A stretch of 64,000 nucleotides of DNA from an uncultured Clostridia bacterium (GTDB lineage: Bacteria; Bacillota; Clostridia; TANB77; CAG-508): positions 3,258 through 67,257 of the forward strand of contig CALXEV010000001.1 in assembly GCA_944387425.1 (NCBI GenBank). The letters run 5' to 3'. Shown here piece by piece: positions 27,034 through 37,472 of this stretch; the first letter of the stretch is position 1; each line of letters opens with the position of its first letter. Position numbers and translations under genes: made by a program. The notes beneath the pieces were generated by a model. It did no database searches. It was not told the DNA's origin and was given only the letters and a program-made list of their open reading frames with translations.

Positions 27034-30000
27034 ATGTCAGACTTTGTACACTTACATATACACAGTGAATTCAGTTTATTAGACGGAGCAAACAGAATAA
27101 AAGACTTACCAGTAAGAGCAAAAGAGCTAGGAATGAAGGCAATGGCAATAACAGACCATGGAGTAATGTATGGTGTCATTGACTTTTACAAAGCATGTAA
27201 AAAAGAAGGAATAAAGCCAATTATAGGATGTGAAGTATATGTAGCACCACGATCAAGACTAAACAAAGAACCTAATATTGACAATAAATATAATCATTTA
27301 ATTTTACTTGCAAAAGACAACCAAGGATATAAAAACCTAAGTAAATTAGTATCAATAGGATTTACAGAAGGATATTATTATAAGCCAAGAATAGACTTAG
27401 AAGTATTAGAAAAATATCATGAAGGACTAATATGTTTGAGTGGATGTTTAGCAGGAAGTGTAAATCAAGCACTATTAAATGGTCAAAACGAAAAGGCAGA
27501 AGAAATAGCATTATGGCACAAAAAAGTCTTTGGTGAAGACTATTATATAGAAATTCAAAACAATGGAATAAAAGAGCAAGTTTTAGCAAATCAAAAGTTA
27601 ATACAACTTGCACGAAAACTAGATATACCAATAGTTGCAACAAATGATGCACATTACTTAAAAAAAGAAGATGCATATAATCACGAAATCTTACTTTGTA
27701 TTCAAACAGGAAAAAGAATGAGTGATGAAGACAGAATGAAGTTTGACACAGACGAATTATATGTAAAATCACCACAAGAGATGAGTGACTATTTTTCGGC
27801 ATTTCCAGATGCAATAGAAAATACAGTAAAAATAGCAGATAAATGTAATGTAGAATTTGAATTTGGACATACAATTTTGCCAAACTATGATGTACCACCA
27901 CAATATCCAACACATTATGATTTCCTAAAAGAATTATGTGATAAAGGTTTAAAAAAGAGATATGGAGAACACCCATCAGATGAAGTCTTAAAAAGAGCGG
28001 AATATGAAATTGGAATAATTAAAAAGATGGGTTATGTAGATTATTACTTAATTGTATGGGACTTCATTCACTATGCCAAAAGTCAGGGAATACCTGTAGG
28101 ACCAGGAAGAGGTTCAGGAGCAGGGTCAATACTTGCATATGTAATAGAAATTACAGATATTGATCCAATGAAATATGGATTGCTTTTTGAAAGATTCTTA
28201 AATCCAGAAAGAATAAGCATGCCAGACTTTGATGTAGACTTTTGTTATGAGCGTAGACAAGAAGTAATAGATTATGTATCAGAAAAATATGGACATGACC
28301 ATGTATCACAAATTATAACATTTGGAACAATGGCAGCAAAAATGGTAATAAGAGATGTTGCAAGAGTATTAGACTATCCATATGCAGATGCAGACAAACT
28401 TGCAAAAATGATACCAAATGAAATACATATAACAATCAAAAAAGCATTAGAACAGAACAAAGAATTAGAAGAAGCATATGAGAATGATGAACAAGTTCAT
28501 AAGATTCTTGATATAGCAATGGCATTAGAAGGAATGCCAAGACAAGCATCAACACATGCTTGTGGAGTTGTAATCACAAAAGAACCTGTTGATACATATG
28601 TACCTTTATATGTAAGAGATGGTCAAATTTCAACACAATATATAATGACTACACTTGAAGAACTTGGACTTTTAAAAATGGACTTTTTAGGACTAAGGAC
28701 ATTAACTGTAATTCAAGACACAATAAACTTAGTAGAAAAAGGAAGAGGAATTAAAGTTGAATTTGACAAAGACATGGCAGACCCAAAAGTATATAAATTA
28801 TGGCAAGATGGAAATACATCAGGAATATTCCAATTTGAATCTCAAGGTATGACAAACTTTATGAAAGAACTTAAACCTGACTGTTTAGAAGATTTAATAG
28901 CAGGTGTTTCATTATATAGACCTGGTCCAATGGACCAAATACCTAGATATATTAAGGGAAAACAAAATCCTGGACATAATGAATATACACATCCAAGATT
29001 AGAACCAATATTAAATGTAACATATGGTTGTATGGTATATCAAGAACAAGTAATGCAAATAGTAAGAGATTTAGCAGGATATTCTCTAGGTAGAGCGGAT
29101 TTAGTTCGTAGAGCAATGGGAAAGAAAAAGCTAGATGTGATGGCAAAAGAAAGAGAAGTTTTCATAAATGGACAAGTTGATGAAAATGGAAATGTAATTG
29201 TGCCAGGATGTGTTAGAAATGGTATAGATGCAGAATCAGCAAATAAAATTTTTGATGAAATGGCTGAATTTGCAAAATATGCATTCAACAAATCACATGC
29301 AGCATGTTATGCAGTAGTGGCATATAGGACAGCATACTTAAAAGCTTATTATCCTGCGGAATTTATGGCATCAATGTTAAATAGCTTCCTTGGAAATCTT
29401 GACAAAGTACCAGAATATATAGACGAATGTAAAAGATTAGGAATAGAAATATTAAAACCTGATATAAATAAAAGTTCGGCAAAATTTACTGTTGAAGGAA
29501 TTAACTCGGGTGATGATAGTAAAGCTCAAATAGGAAAAATTCGTTTTGGATTAGGAAGCATAAAAAATGTGGGATTACAACCTGTAAATAATATAATAGC
29601 AGAAAGAGATGCAAATGGTCCTTTTAAAAGTTTCACAGACTTTTGCGAAAAAGTATCAGGAGAAGCTGTAAATAAAAAATGTATTGAAAGCTTAATAAAA
29701 GCAGGAACATTTTCAGAATTTCCAGAAACAAGAGCAACTTTATTAGCTTCATTTGAACTAATTACAGATACAATTCAATCATACAATAAAAAAGGAATGA
29801 ATGGTCAAGTATCAATGTTCGACTTAGGAAATACGGAAGAAGATCAAAATAATTTAAATGAAGTTAAATATAACTATAAAGAATTGCCTGAAATGAGTGA
29901 AAAAGAGCTATTATCAATGGAAAAAGAAATGCTGGGAATTTATGTTTCAGGACATCCTTTAGAAAAAATAAGAAATCAAATTATTGCAACAACAAATATT

Positions 30001-30606
30001 TCTTCTGCTCAAATGAAAGAAATAGATGAGATAAATTCAATAAGTGAAGATGAAGAAAATTCAGATATAAGAGTAAAAGAAAGAAATAGATTTGTTGATG
30101 GGCAAGAAGTAAAAATTGCAGGAATTATAACATCAGTAAAAAAGAAATACACAAAAAACAATAAAATAATGGCATTTATAACATTAGAAGACCTATATGG
30201 TTCAGTAGAAATTATAGTATTTGAACCTACATATCTAAAAGCTCAAAATATTTTAGTTGAAGAAAATATTGTAATTATTGATGGCAGATTAAGCGTAAGA
30301 GAAGATGATGCGACCAAAATAGTAGCTAGGGAAATTAGAAACTTTGGAGAAAACAAGCCTAAAATGTTAATATTAAATATTACAAATACTTCAGAAGAAC
30401 AAAAGGCAAAACTTAGAGGTGCTATAAAATTCTTTAATGGAGAGCAAAACAATATAAGTGTTGCAATAAAAATAGGAGAAGATTTAAAATCATGTGGTGC
30501 AATTTATTTGACTGATGAAATTTTAAAAGTGTTTGAGGATATTATAGGAAAAGAAAATTGTCATCAGGGACGGAGCTTAGTGACAATATTTTATATAATT
30601 GTTTAA
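27034..30606 (+). CDS. dnaE: DNA polymerase III alpha subunit, DnaE-type (PHP plus polymerase core plus OB fold)
   Basis: N-terminal HLHIHSEFSLLDG PHP motif and conserved pol III alpha core; 1190-aa ORF. Confidence 0.95.
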   Translation: MSDFVHLHIHSEFSLLDGANRIKDLPVRAKELGMKAMAITDHGVMYGVIDFYKACKKEGIKPIIGCEVYVAPRSRLNKEPNIDNKYNHLILLAKDNQGYKNLSKLVSIGFTEGYYYKPRIDLEVLEKYHEGLICLSGCLAGSVNQALLNGQNEKAEEIALWHKKVFGEDYYIEIQNNGIKEQVLANQKLIQLARKLDIPIVATNDAHYLKKEDAYNHEILLCIQTGKRMSDEDRMKFDTDELYVKSPQEMSDYFSAFPDAIENTVKIADKCNVEFEFGHTILPNYDVPPQYPTHYDFLKELCDKGLKKRYGEHPSDEVLKRAEYEIGIIKKMGYVDYYLIVWDFIHYAKSQGIPVGPGRGSGAGSILAYVIEITDIDPMKYGLLFERFLNPERISMPDFDVDFCYERRQEVIDYVSEKYGHDHVSQIITFGTMAAKMVIRDVARVLDYPYADADKLAKMIPNEIHITIKKALEQNKELEEAYENDEQVHKILDIAMALEGMPRQASTHACGVVITKEPVDTYVPLYVRDGQISTQYIMTTLEELGLLKMDFLGLRTLTVIQDTINLVEKGRGIKVEFDKDMADPKVYKLWQDGNTSGIFQFESQGMTNFMKELKPDCLEDLIAGVSLYRPGPMDQIPRYIKGKQNPGHNEYTHPRLEPILNVTYGCMVYQEQVMQIVRDLAGYSLGRADLVRRAMGKKKLDVMAKEREVFINGQVDENGNVIVPGCVRNGIDAESANKIFDEMAEFAKYAFNKSHAACYAVVAYRTAYLKAYYPAEFMASMLNSFLGNLDKVPEYIDECKRLGIEILKPDINKSSAKFTVEGINSGDDSKAQIGKIRFGLGSIKNVGLQPVNNIIAERDANGPFKSFTDFCEKVSGEAVNKKCIESLIKAGTFSEFPETRATLLASFELITDTIQSYNKKGMNGQVSMFDLGNTEEDQNNLNEVKYNYKELPEMSEKELLSMEKEMLGIYVSGHPLEKIRNQIIATTNISSAQMKEIDEINSISEDEENSDIRVKERNRFVDGQEVKIAGIITSVKKKYTKNNKIMAFITLEDLYGSVEIIVFEPTYLKAQNILVEENIVIIDGRLSVREDDATKIVAREIRNFGENKPKMLILNITNTSEEQKAKLRGAIKFFNGEQNNISVAIKIGEDLKSCGAIYLTDEILKVFEDIIGKENCHQGRSLVTIFYIIV

Positions 30607-30648
30607 TAATAAAAAAAAAAGAACAAAATAAAATTGGAGGGATAAGTC

Positions 30649-33258
30649 ATGACGAATGATAAAAAGGAAGATGTCAATATTAATAAAATTTATGGACATC
30701 TTTGCAAAATGTCAAAAGAAGAATTTATTTCAAAATATAAAATTAAAGAAAATGGACTACAAACTAGCGAAGTTGAAGAAAAACTTCATAAATTTGGTTA
30801 TAATGAAGTTACACAAACAAAGCCTAAAAGATGGTATCATTATCTATTTAAAAGTTTATTTACACCATTTAATAGCATTTTATTAGGAATAGCTTTAGTA
30901 TTATCATATACAGACATATATTTGGCTGAAGATCCTAATTATGCAAATATAATAGTCATTTTAGTATTAGTTGCTGTAAGCACATTTTTAGACTTTTTTT
31001 CTGAGTTTAGATCAAATAAAGCGGCAGAAAAATTAAAACAATTAGTTTCAACAACAGCTACTGTATTAAGAAATGGTCAAAAAGTAAAAATTCCATTTAA
31101 AGATATAGTATTAGGAGATATCGTAATATTGTCAGCAGGTGATATGATACCAGCAGATATAAGATTATTAGACTCAAAAGACCTTTATGTTGGGCAATCT
31201 TCTTTAACTGGAGAATCTGATGCAATAAAAAAATTAGAAAACACTGAATTTAAAGATGAAGAAATAGATAGTTTATCAGATATTGATACAATTTGTTTTA
31301 TGGGAACTAGTGTCATAAGTGGTTCAGCAAAAGGCGCTGTGGTATTAACTGCTGATGATACTTATTTTGGAAAAATAGCACATACATTAACAACAGGAAA
31401 GCCAAAAACAGCATTTCAAAAAGGAATTGAAAATATAAGTAAACTTCTAATTAAAGTAATGCTTATACTTATACCGATAGTATTTTTACTAAATGTTTGG
31501 AAACATGATATTATAGTATCATTTACATTTGCTGTTGCAATAGCCATATGTATAACACCATTATTATTACCAGTAATATTATCTTCAAGCTTATCAAAAG
31601 GTGCTATACGAATGTCAAAAAAGAAGACTATAGTAAAAAAACTAGATTCAATACAAAGTTTTGGTGCCATGAATATTTTATGTACAGATAAAACAGGTAC
31701 ATTAACAGAAGACAAAATTGTATTAGAAAAGTATCTTGACATAATGGGAAATGAAAGCCTTGATGTATTAGAACATGCATTTTTAAATGCTTATTTTCAG
31801 ACTGGACTAAAAAGCAATATAGATGAAGCTGTTATAGCAAGAGGTCTTGAACATCAGATGAAGGAAAGAACACAAAATTATCAGAAACTTGATGAAATTC
31901 CTTTTGATTTTACACGTAGACGTTTATCTGTAATTGTAAGTGATGGAAAAGATACACAATTAATCACAAAAGGAGCAGTAGAAGAAATTTTAAGTATTTC
32001 AAATACTGTAAATTATCAAGGAAAAGTTTCACCACTTACAAATGAGTTAAAAGAAAACATGAAAAAAATCACAAAAGAGCTAAACAAACAAGGACTTAGA
32101 GTTGTAGCAGTTTGTGAGAAAAATGAATTAGACAAGACTTCTGGTTTTGGTGTTTCAGATGAAAAGAATATGACAATAATGGGATTTATAGGATTTCTTG
32201 ATCCACCAAAAGAAACAGCAAAATCATCTATAGAAAAATTGAATAATAATGGTATCAGAGTTATAGTGCTTACAGGAGATAATGTTGAAGTAACAAAATG
32301 TGTATGTGATAAGGTAGGAATAAAATCTTCTCAAATAGTTACAGGAACACAAATTGATAGATTAGCAGACCAGGGCGTAAGAAGACTTTTGAAAAAGACA
32401 AATATATTTGCAAAACTTTCACCTATACAAAAAGCACGTATTGTAAGAATATTAAAAGAAAGTGGAAATATAGTTGGATATATGGGAGATGGTATTAATG
32501 ATAGTCCATCACTTATAAATTCGGATGTTGGTGTTTCAGTAGATACAGCTGTTGATATTGCAAAAGAATCAGCAGACATTATATTACTTGAAAAAGATTT
32601 ACATGTTTTATTAGACGGTGTAAAAGAAGGCAGACACACATTTGCAAATTTAATGAAATATATAAAATTAGCAGCAAGTTTCAACTTTGGTGAAGTAATG
32701 TCAGTAATAATAGCAAGTGTACTTTTACCATTTTTACCTGAAACTCCAATACAATTACTTGTAGAAGGATTACTATATGATTTCGGACAATTAACATTAC
32801 CATTAGATGATGTTGATGAAGAATATATTAGAAAACCTAAGAAAATAGACATAAAAGGATTAAAACATTTTATGCTATTTATGGGACCTTTAAGTTCTAT
32901 ATTTGACTTATTAGTATTTGCATTAGTTTGGTTTGTTTTTGGAGTAAGAGAAGCAGCAGTATTCCAAACAATATGGTTTACTTACAGTATAGTTTCTAAC
33001 TTAATGGGATTACATGTAATAAGAACAGCAAAAGTACCATTTAAAGAAAGTCATGCTTCAAAGCCTGTATATGTATCTTCAATCTTATTAAGCATAATAG
33101 CTATGATAGTACCATATACATTTTTAGGACATGCTATAGGACTTACATCAATTGACTTAAAATATTTTTCAGTAATACTAGGAGTTCCTGTTTTATACTG
33201 CTTCGTTGCAATATTTGCAAAGAAAGTATATATAAAGAAATATGGAGAATGGATTTAG
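30649..33258 (+). CDS. mgtA: Magnesium-transporting P-type ATPase MgtA-like
   Basis: CTDKTGTLT phosphorylation motif, MGDGINDSP hinge, N-terminal cytoplasmic segment and about 10 TM helices; 869 aa. Confidence 0.85.
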   Translation: MTNDKKEDVNINKIYGHLCKMSKEEFISKYKIKENGLQTSEVEEKLHKFGYNEVTQTKPKRWYHYLFKSLFTPFNSILLGIALVLSYTDIYLAEDPNYANIIVILVLVAVSTFLDFFSEFRSNKAAEKLKQLVSTTATVLRNGQKVKIPFKDIVLGDIVILSAGDMIPADIRLLDSKDLYVGQSSLTGESDAIKKLENTEFKDEEIDSLSDIDTICFMGTSVISGSAKGAVVLTADDTYFGKIAHTLTTGKPKTAFQKGIENISKLLIKVMLILIPIVFLLNVWKHDIIVSFTFAVAIAICITPLLLPVILSSSLSKGAIRMSKKKTIVKKLDSIQSFGAMNILCTDKTGTLTEDKIVLEKYLDIMGNESLDVLEHAFLNAYFQTGLKSNIDEAVIARGLEHQMKERTQNYQKLDEIPFDFTRRRLSVIVSDGKDTQLITKGAVEEILSISNTVNYQGKVSPLTNELKENMKKITKELNKQGLRVVAVCEKNELDKTSGFGVSDEKNMTIMGFIGFLDPPKETAKSSIEKLNNNGIRVIVLTGDNVEVTKCVCDKVGIKSSQIVTGTQIDRLADQGVRRLLKKTNIFAKLSPIQKARIVRILKESGNIVGYMGDGINDSPSLINSDVGVSVDTAVDIAKESADIILLEKDLHVLLDGVKEGRHTFANLMKYIKLAASFNFGEVMSVIIASVLLPFLPETPIQLLVEGLLYDFGQLTLPLDDVDEEYIRKPKKIDIKGLKHFMLFMGPLSSIFDLLVFALVWFVFGVREAAVFQTIWFTYSIVSNLMGLHVIRTAKVPFKESHASKPVYVSSILLSIIAMIVPYTFLGHAIGLTSIDLKYFSVILGVPVLYCFVAIFAKKVYIKKYGEWI

Positions 33259-33267
33259 TCAAAAAAG

Positions 33268-33296
33268 TTTACAAAATGTAAAATAAATGTTATAAT
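33268..33296 (+). promoter_or_regulatory. Promoter for rnpB (TTTACA-N17-TATAAT)
   Basis: Hexamers positioned about 7 nt upstream of the predicted 5' end of the RNase P RNA. Confidence 0.5.
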
Positions 33297-33302
33297 AAAA
33301 AA

Positions 33303-33659
33303 TACGAGTAAATTGAATAGTCGCTGGTAAATTTCGAAAGAAATTACGAGAGGAAAGTCCGGGCTCCATAGAGCAAAGATGCTAGATAACGTCTAGTGAG
33401 GGCGACCTTAAGGAAAGTGCAACAGAAAATAACCGCCTCTAGTTTATGACTAGAGGTAAGGATGAAAAGGCGAGGTAAGAGCTCACCGCTGGCATGGTGA
33501 CATGCTGGGTCTGTGTAAACCCCATCTGGAGCAACACCTAAGTAGAAGATTAAGCCTGCTCGGTGCCTTCTGAATTGCGTGGCTTGAGACATATAGTGAT
33601 ATATGTCCTAGATAAATGACTGTTTTTAATGACAGAACCCGGCTTACAGATTTACTCTT
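33303..33659 (+). ncRNA. rnpB: RNase P RNA, type B (Firmicutes)
   Basis: Conserved GAGGAAAGTCCGGGCTCC (P4 5' strand), ACAGAAA, and GGCTTACAG near the 3' end; P1 pairing cgagtaaa / tttactc; GC-rich relative to the surroundings. Confidence 0.9.
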
Positions 33660-33766
33660 GAAAATATTTACAAAATGTGTTATAATATAATTCGTTGACT
33701 AAAATGTCATCAAGTAATACCGTAAGGTAATAAAAACCACTAATGTGGAAAATTGGAGGTAATTTA

Positions 33767-34432
33767 ATGTTTTACGAACCTATTCGGTATGTTCCTTTTG
33801 CTTCTTTAGAAGAACTAAAAGAGAACTCCATTCAGATGTTTGTAAGTTGTCTTGGTTCTCCTAAACAATATACTCATTACCAAGATAGTATAGTATATAT
33901 TGATGGGAGGAGCCAGACATTTGTTACTCCTTTAAGGAGAGAAACATCTAAGATTCTAGAAGACAACGGTTACAAACAAGGTGAATATTTTATCAGGAGT
34001 GCTGACAAAGAGTATATTGATAAATTAAGATTTGCCGTTGATGGAGATGAATATAAATGGCTTGATTATATGGCAAGAGAACAAGCATGGAACTTTGCTT
34101 ATCAAGAAGCACACAAATCTGCATTGCGAAAAAATATTCAAGAAGTTGAACCAGATATGTATTTGATTGCAGAACTTGAGTGCATTGAAGACGAAAAAAC
34201 AATTGGCAATACAACTTTTAACAGAATGATGACAAATAAAGCTTTGGGATACGCAAATGTTGGTTCGTTCATAAGAGAAAGTAACAATAGAGTTTTGCTT
34301 TGTGACGATTACGGAAGAACTTTTCTTGTTACATTTAAGTATAGTGCAAATGAGTTTATTAATCAGCTCATTGCTGCAAACTATACTAGAGCACTATATC
34401 CGTGGATTTATATTCAAAAACAGGAGGAGTAA
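33767..34432 (+). CDS. Hypothetical protein (222 aa), mildly elevated GC
   Basis: GGAGG RBS then ATG 33767 (ORF track start 33743); no recognisable domain. Confidence 0.5.
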   Translation: MFYEPIRYVPFASLEELKENSIQMFVSCLGSPKQYTHYQDSIVYIDGRSQTFVTPLRRETSKILEDNGYKQGEYFIRSADKEYIDKLRFAVDGDEYKWLDYMAREQAWNFAYQEAHKSALRKNIQEVEPDMYLIAELECIEDEKTIGNTTFNRMMTNKALGYANVGSFIRESNNRVLLCDDYGRTFLVTFKYSANEFINQLIAANYTRALYPWIYIQKQEE

Positions 34433-34448
34433 ACAGGTAAATTACTAA

Positions 34449-34490
34449 GAGAGAAGGATGTTGCAGATTTGCAATATCCTTCTCTTTTCT
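34449..34490 (+). terminator. Rho-independent terminator
   Basis: GAGAAGGATGTTGCA...TGCAATATCCTTCTC stem followed by TTTTCT. Confidence 0.65.
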
Positions 34491-34552
34491 CATAATAAAG
34501 TGTTGAAAAACATATAATGGTATGATACAATTCTGGCAAAAGGGGGAATAAC

Positions 34553-36436
34553 ATGAAAATAAAAAAATTTATATTTTTGATTATTCTATTAATTTCAATT
34601 ATTCTAATATATCCTAAAGAAGTATTAGCAGATCAAGAACTTAATGAACTTGATTTTGAAGCACAAATAAATGAAGACGGAAGTATGGATGTTACAGAAA
34701 CATGGAATATTTATATATCTGAAACAAATACATTATTTAAAACATTTGAAAAAGATAAATCAAAATATTCTGGAATAACAAATGTTATGGTAAAAGAAAT
34801 TACATCTGGTCAACAAAAGGAATTTTCTCAAATTGATGAAGAAATGTATCATGTAACAAAAGACTGTTTCTATGCACTTGACAATTCAAAAGGAAATTTT
34901 GAAATTGCCTGGGGTGTAGGGTTAGATGACGATTCTGCAACAAAAGTATATCAAATTTCATATACAGTAGAAGATGCAATAGCAAAATATAATGATTATG
35001 CAGAATTATATTGGAAATTTATTGGAGACGATTTTGAGATTGATGCAGATAATATAAAAGGAACAATTTTGTTACCAAGTAATGCCAACTCAAAAGATGA
35101 AATTAGAGTATGGGGACATACTGAGGGATTAAATGGAGAAATATATGCAACAGCTCCTAACAAAATAGAATTTTCGATAAATAAATATTCAGCAGGTAAT
35201 TTTGTAGAGGTTAGAAGTTTATTTCCAAATAGTATGATAACAAGTACAAACAGAACATATAATTATGACATTTTAGACAAAGTTATAGAAGAAGAAACTG
35301 TTTGGGCAAATGAAGCAAATGAACGTAGAGAAAGTAGAGAAAGAATTGGATTAATAATAACTATAATTTTATCTGTTATTGCTGTATTTTTGATAATAAA
35401 TGTAATAAAAAATATCTTAAAGCTTTTAAAGATGGAGAAAAAAATAAAGCCATCAACAAAACTAGACTATTTTAGAGAATTGCCATATGAAGATGCAACA
35501 CCTGGTGAAGCATTATTTGTATTAACTACAGGAGCAAACAAGAATTTTTCTAGTAGTTTTTCAGCAAATATTTTAGATTTATGTTTGAAAAAATATTTAA
35601 CTTTAGAAGCAATAAAAGAAGGCAAAATAGCAAAATCTGATGTAATTAAAATACAACTACTAGATAAAAATGAAAATGAACTTAAAGAAGATCAAAAAAT
35701 CACATTAGACTTGTTAAAAAAAGTGGCAGGAGAAAAGAAAGAACTAACAACAAAAGATATTACAAAATATTTACAAAAACATCAATCTGAATTAAATTTG
35801 ATTAATAAAGACTTTTCTGACACAATAGAAAAACAAGAAACACAAAAAGAAAATTATATAAAAGACAATTACAAAAAAATGAATCAATATGGAGGAGTTG
35901 CAACTTTATATATAGGTATTGTATTCTTTTCAATACCATTTGGAGCTCTTTTTGTAGAAGAAATGGGAGTATCTATTTACTCAATATTAGGTATTGCAAT
36001 ACCAGCGGTTATAAATATGATAATCTTAGCAATTATGTCATTTAAAATTAATGTTTTTACACAAAAAGGAATTGACGAAAGAGAAAAATGGAAAGCTTTT
36101 AAAAAATATATGGAAGATTTTTCATTACTTAAAGATAAAGAAGTTCCAGCACTTGCATTATGGGAAAAATATTTAGTGTTTGCAACAGCATTTGGAATTT
36201 CTGATAAAGTTTTAAAACAATTAAAAGTAATTTATACTGAAATAAATGATATGAATTCTGCAATGTATACATATTCATATATACATATTATGAATTCAGT
36301 TAATATTGGAAACTGCATAAATTCATCAGTATATTCAGCAACTGGTTCATCAGGAACTGGAGCTGGAGGAGGATTCTCTGGTGGAGGAGGCGGAGGCCGG
36401 TGGCCGGAGGTGGCGGTGGCGGACGCTAAAATTTGA
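34553..36436 (+). CDS. DUF2207-like membrane protein with signal peptide, extracellular domain, TM segments and Gly-rich C-terminal tail
   Basis: N-terminal signal/TM, central TM pair, C-terminal SGTGAGGGFSGGGGGG low-complexity region encoded by a GC-rich tract. Confidence 0.6.
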   Translation: MKIKKFIFLIILLISIILIYPKEVLADQELNELDFEAQINEDGSMDVTETWNIYISETNTLFKTFEKDKSKYSGITNVMVKEITSGQQKEFSQIDEEMYHVTKDCFYALDNSKGNFEIAWGVGLDDDSATKVYQISYTVEDAIAKYNDYAELYWKFIGDDFEIDADNIKGTILLPSNANSKDEIRVWGHTEGLNGEIYATAPNKIEFSINKYSAGNFVEVRSLFPNSMITSTNRTYNYDILDKVIEEETVWANEANERRESRERIGLIITIILSVIAVFLIINVIKNILKLLKMEKKIKPSTKLDYFRELPYEDATPGEALFVLTTGANKNFSSSFSANILDLCLKKYLTLEAIKEGKIAKSDVIKIQLLDKNENELKEDQKITLDLLKKVAGEKKELTTKDITKYLQKHQSELNLINKDFSDTIEKQETQKENYIKDNYKKMNQYGGVATLYIGIVFFSIPFGALFVEEMGVSIYSILGIAIPAVINMIILAIMSFKINVFTQKGIDEREKWKAFKKYMEDFSLLKDKEVPALALWEKYLVFATAFGISDKVLKQLKVIYTEINDMNSAMYTYSYIHIMNSVNIGNCINSSVYSATGSSGTGAGGGFSGGGGGGRWPEVAVADAKI

Positions 36437-36445
36437 TAAACAATA

Positions 36446-36476
36446 AAACCTACTTAAAATTAATTAAAGTAGGTTT
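36446..36476. terminator. Bidirectional terminator between the convergent DUF2207 (+) and rluA-family (-) genes
   Basis: AAACCTACTT...AAGTAGGTTTT hairpin. Confidence 0.6.
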
Positions 36477-36502
36477 TATATCGTTCTTCTAAAATGTTTT
36501 TT

Positions 36503-37384
36503 CTATGTGTTTTTTATTAAAACTTTAATATCTTCAGGTAACTCACACCTAAAATTTAAAACTTTGTGAGAAACAGGTTCTTCAAAAGAAACAAAGCTAC
36601 AATGCAAAGCCTGACGGTTAATCAAATCAGATGAAGAACCATACAAGCTATCACCAATTAATGGATGACCAATATAAGACATATGAACTCTAATTTGATG
36701 AGTTCTTCCAGTTAACAATTTACACTTAACAACAGAAAAAAAATTTGTTTCATTTAATACTTCGTATTCAGTAATAGCAGTTTGACCATTTTCAGAAACA
36801 CATCTCTCTATTATGCTATTTTCTTTTCTTGCAATAGGCAGATTTATTATTCCAGCTTTTTTATCAAAAGTACCTGAAACAACAGCAATATATTCTTTTG
36901 TAAAAACATGATTATTCATTTGCTGAATTAAAGCTTCTTGAACATACTCATTTTTAGCAAAAATAATCAAGCCTGAAGTATTTAAATCTAGTCTATTAAC
37001 AGGACGAATTTTTCTTTTTAAACCAATACTTTCAAAATAATATTTAACTCCATTTGAAAGACTATCAGTATAATGTAATATTGATGGATGAACTGCAATT
37101 CCTGCAGGTTTATTTAAAACCAGCAAACCATCATCTTCATAAACAATATTTAAATTCATTTTTGTAGAAACAATATTTTTACTTTCTTCTTCAAAATCCA
37201 AGTTTACTGTAATTATATCATTTGTGGTTATTCGATTACGAGTATCAACAGGAACAGAATTCAAACAAATATGCTTTGATAAAATAAGTTTGTGTAATAA
37301 TCTTGCAGAAATATGAAATTCTTGTTTTAGAACTTGATTTATATTTGTGTAAAAAGTACTATTTACAACATATTTTAAGGTCAT
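36503..37384 (-). CDS. RluA-family 23S rRNA/tRNA pseudouridine synthase
   Basis: HQIRVH catalytic motif region and S4-like N-terminal domain; 293 aa. Confidence 0.85.
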   Translation of the reverse strand: MTLKYVVNSTFYTNINQVLKQEFHISARLLHKLILSKHICLNSVPVDTRNRITTNDIITVNLDFEEESKNIVSTKMNLNIVYEDDGLLVLNKPAGIAVHPSILHYTDSLSNGVKYYFESIGLKRKIRPVNRLDLNTSGLIIFAKNEYVQEALIQQMNNHVFTKEYIAVVSGTFDKKAGIINLPIARKENSIIERCVSENGQTAITEYEVLNETNFFSVVKCKLLTGRTHQIRVHMSYIGHPLIGDSLYGSSSDLINRQALHCSFVSFEEPVSHKVLNFRCELPEDIKVLIKNT

Positions 37385-37472
37385 AAAAATTCCTTTCTTA
37401 TTGACTTTTGTATAAAAAAATTATACAATTTTAGTGTCGAATAGTCAAGAATTATGGAGGAATTATACTGGA

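Noticed and set aside
30607-30648. M-box riboswitch upstream of mgtA
   Set aside because: The intergenic region is only 42 bp of A-rich sequence, far too short for the roughly 160-nt M-box aptamer.
33344-33592. 82-aa - strand ORF
   Set aside because: It lies entirely within the RNase P RNA gene. The GC-rich structured RNA creates a chance ORF.
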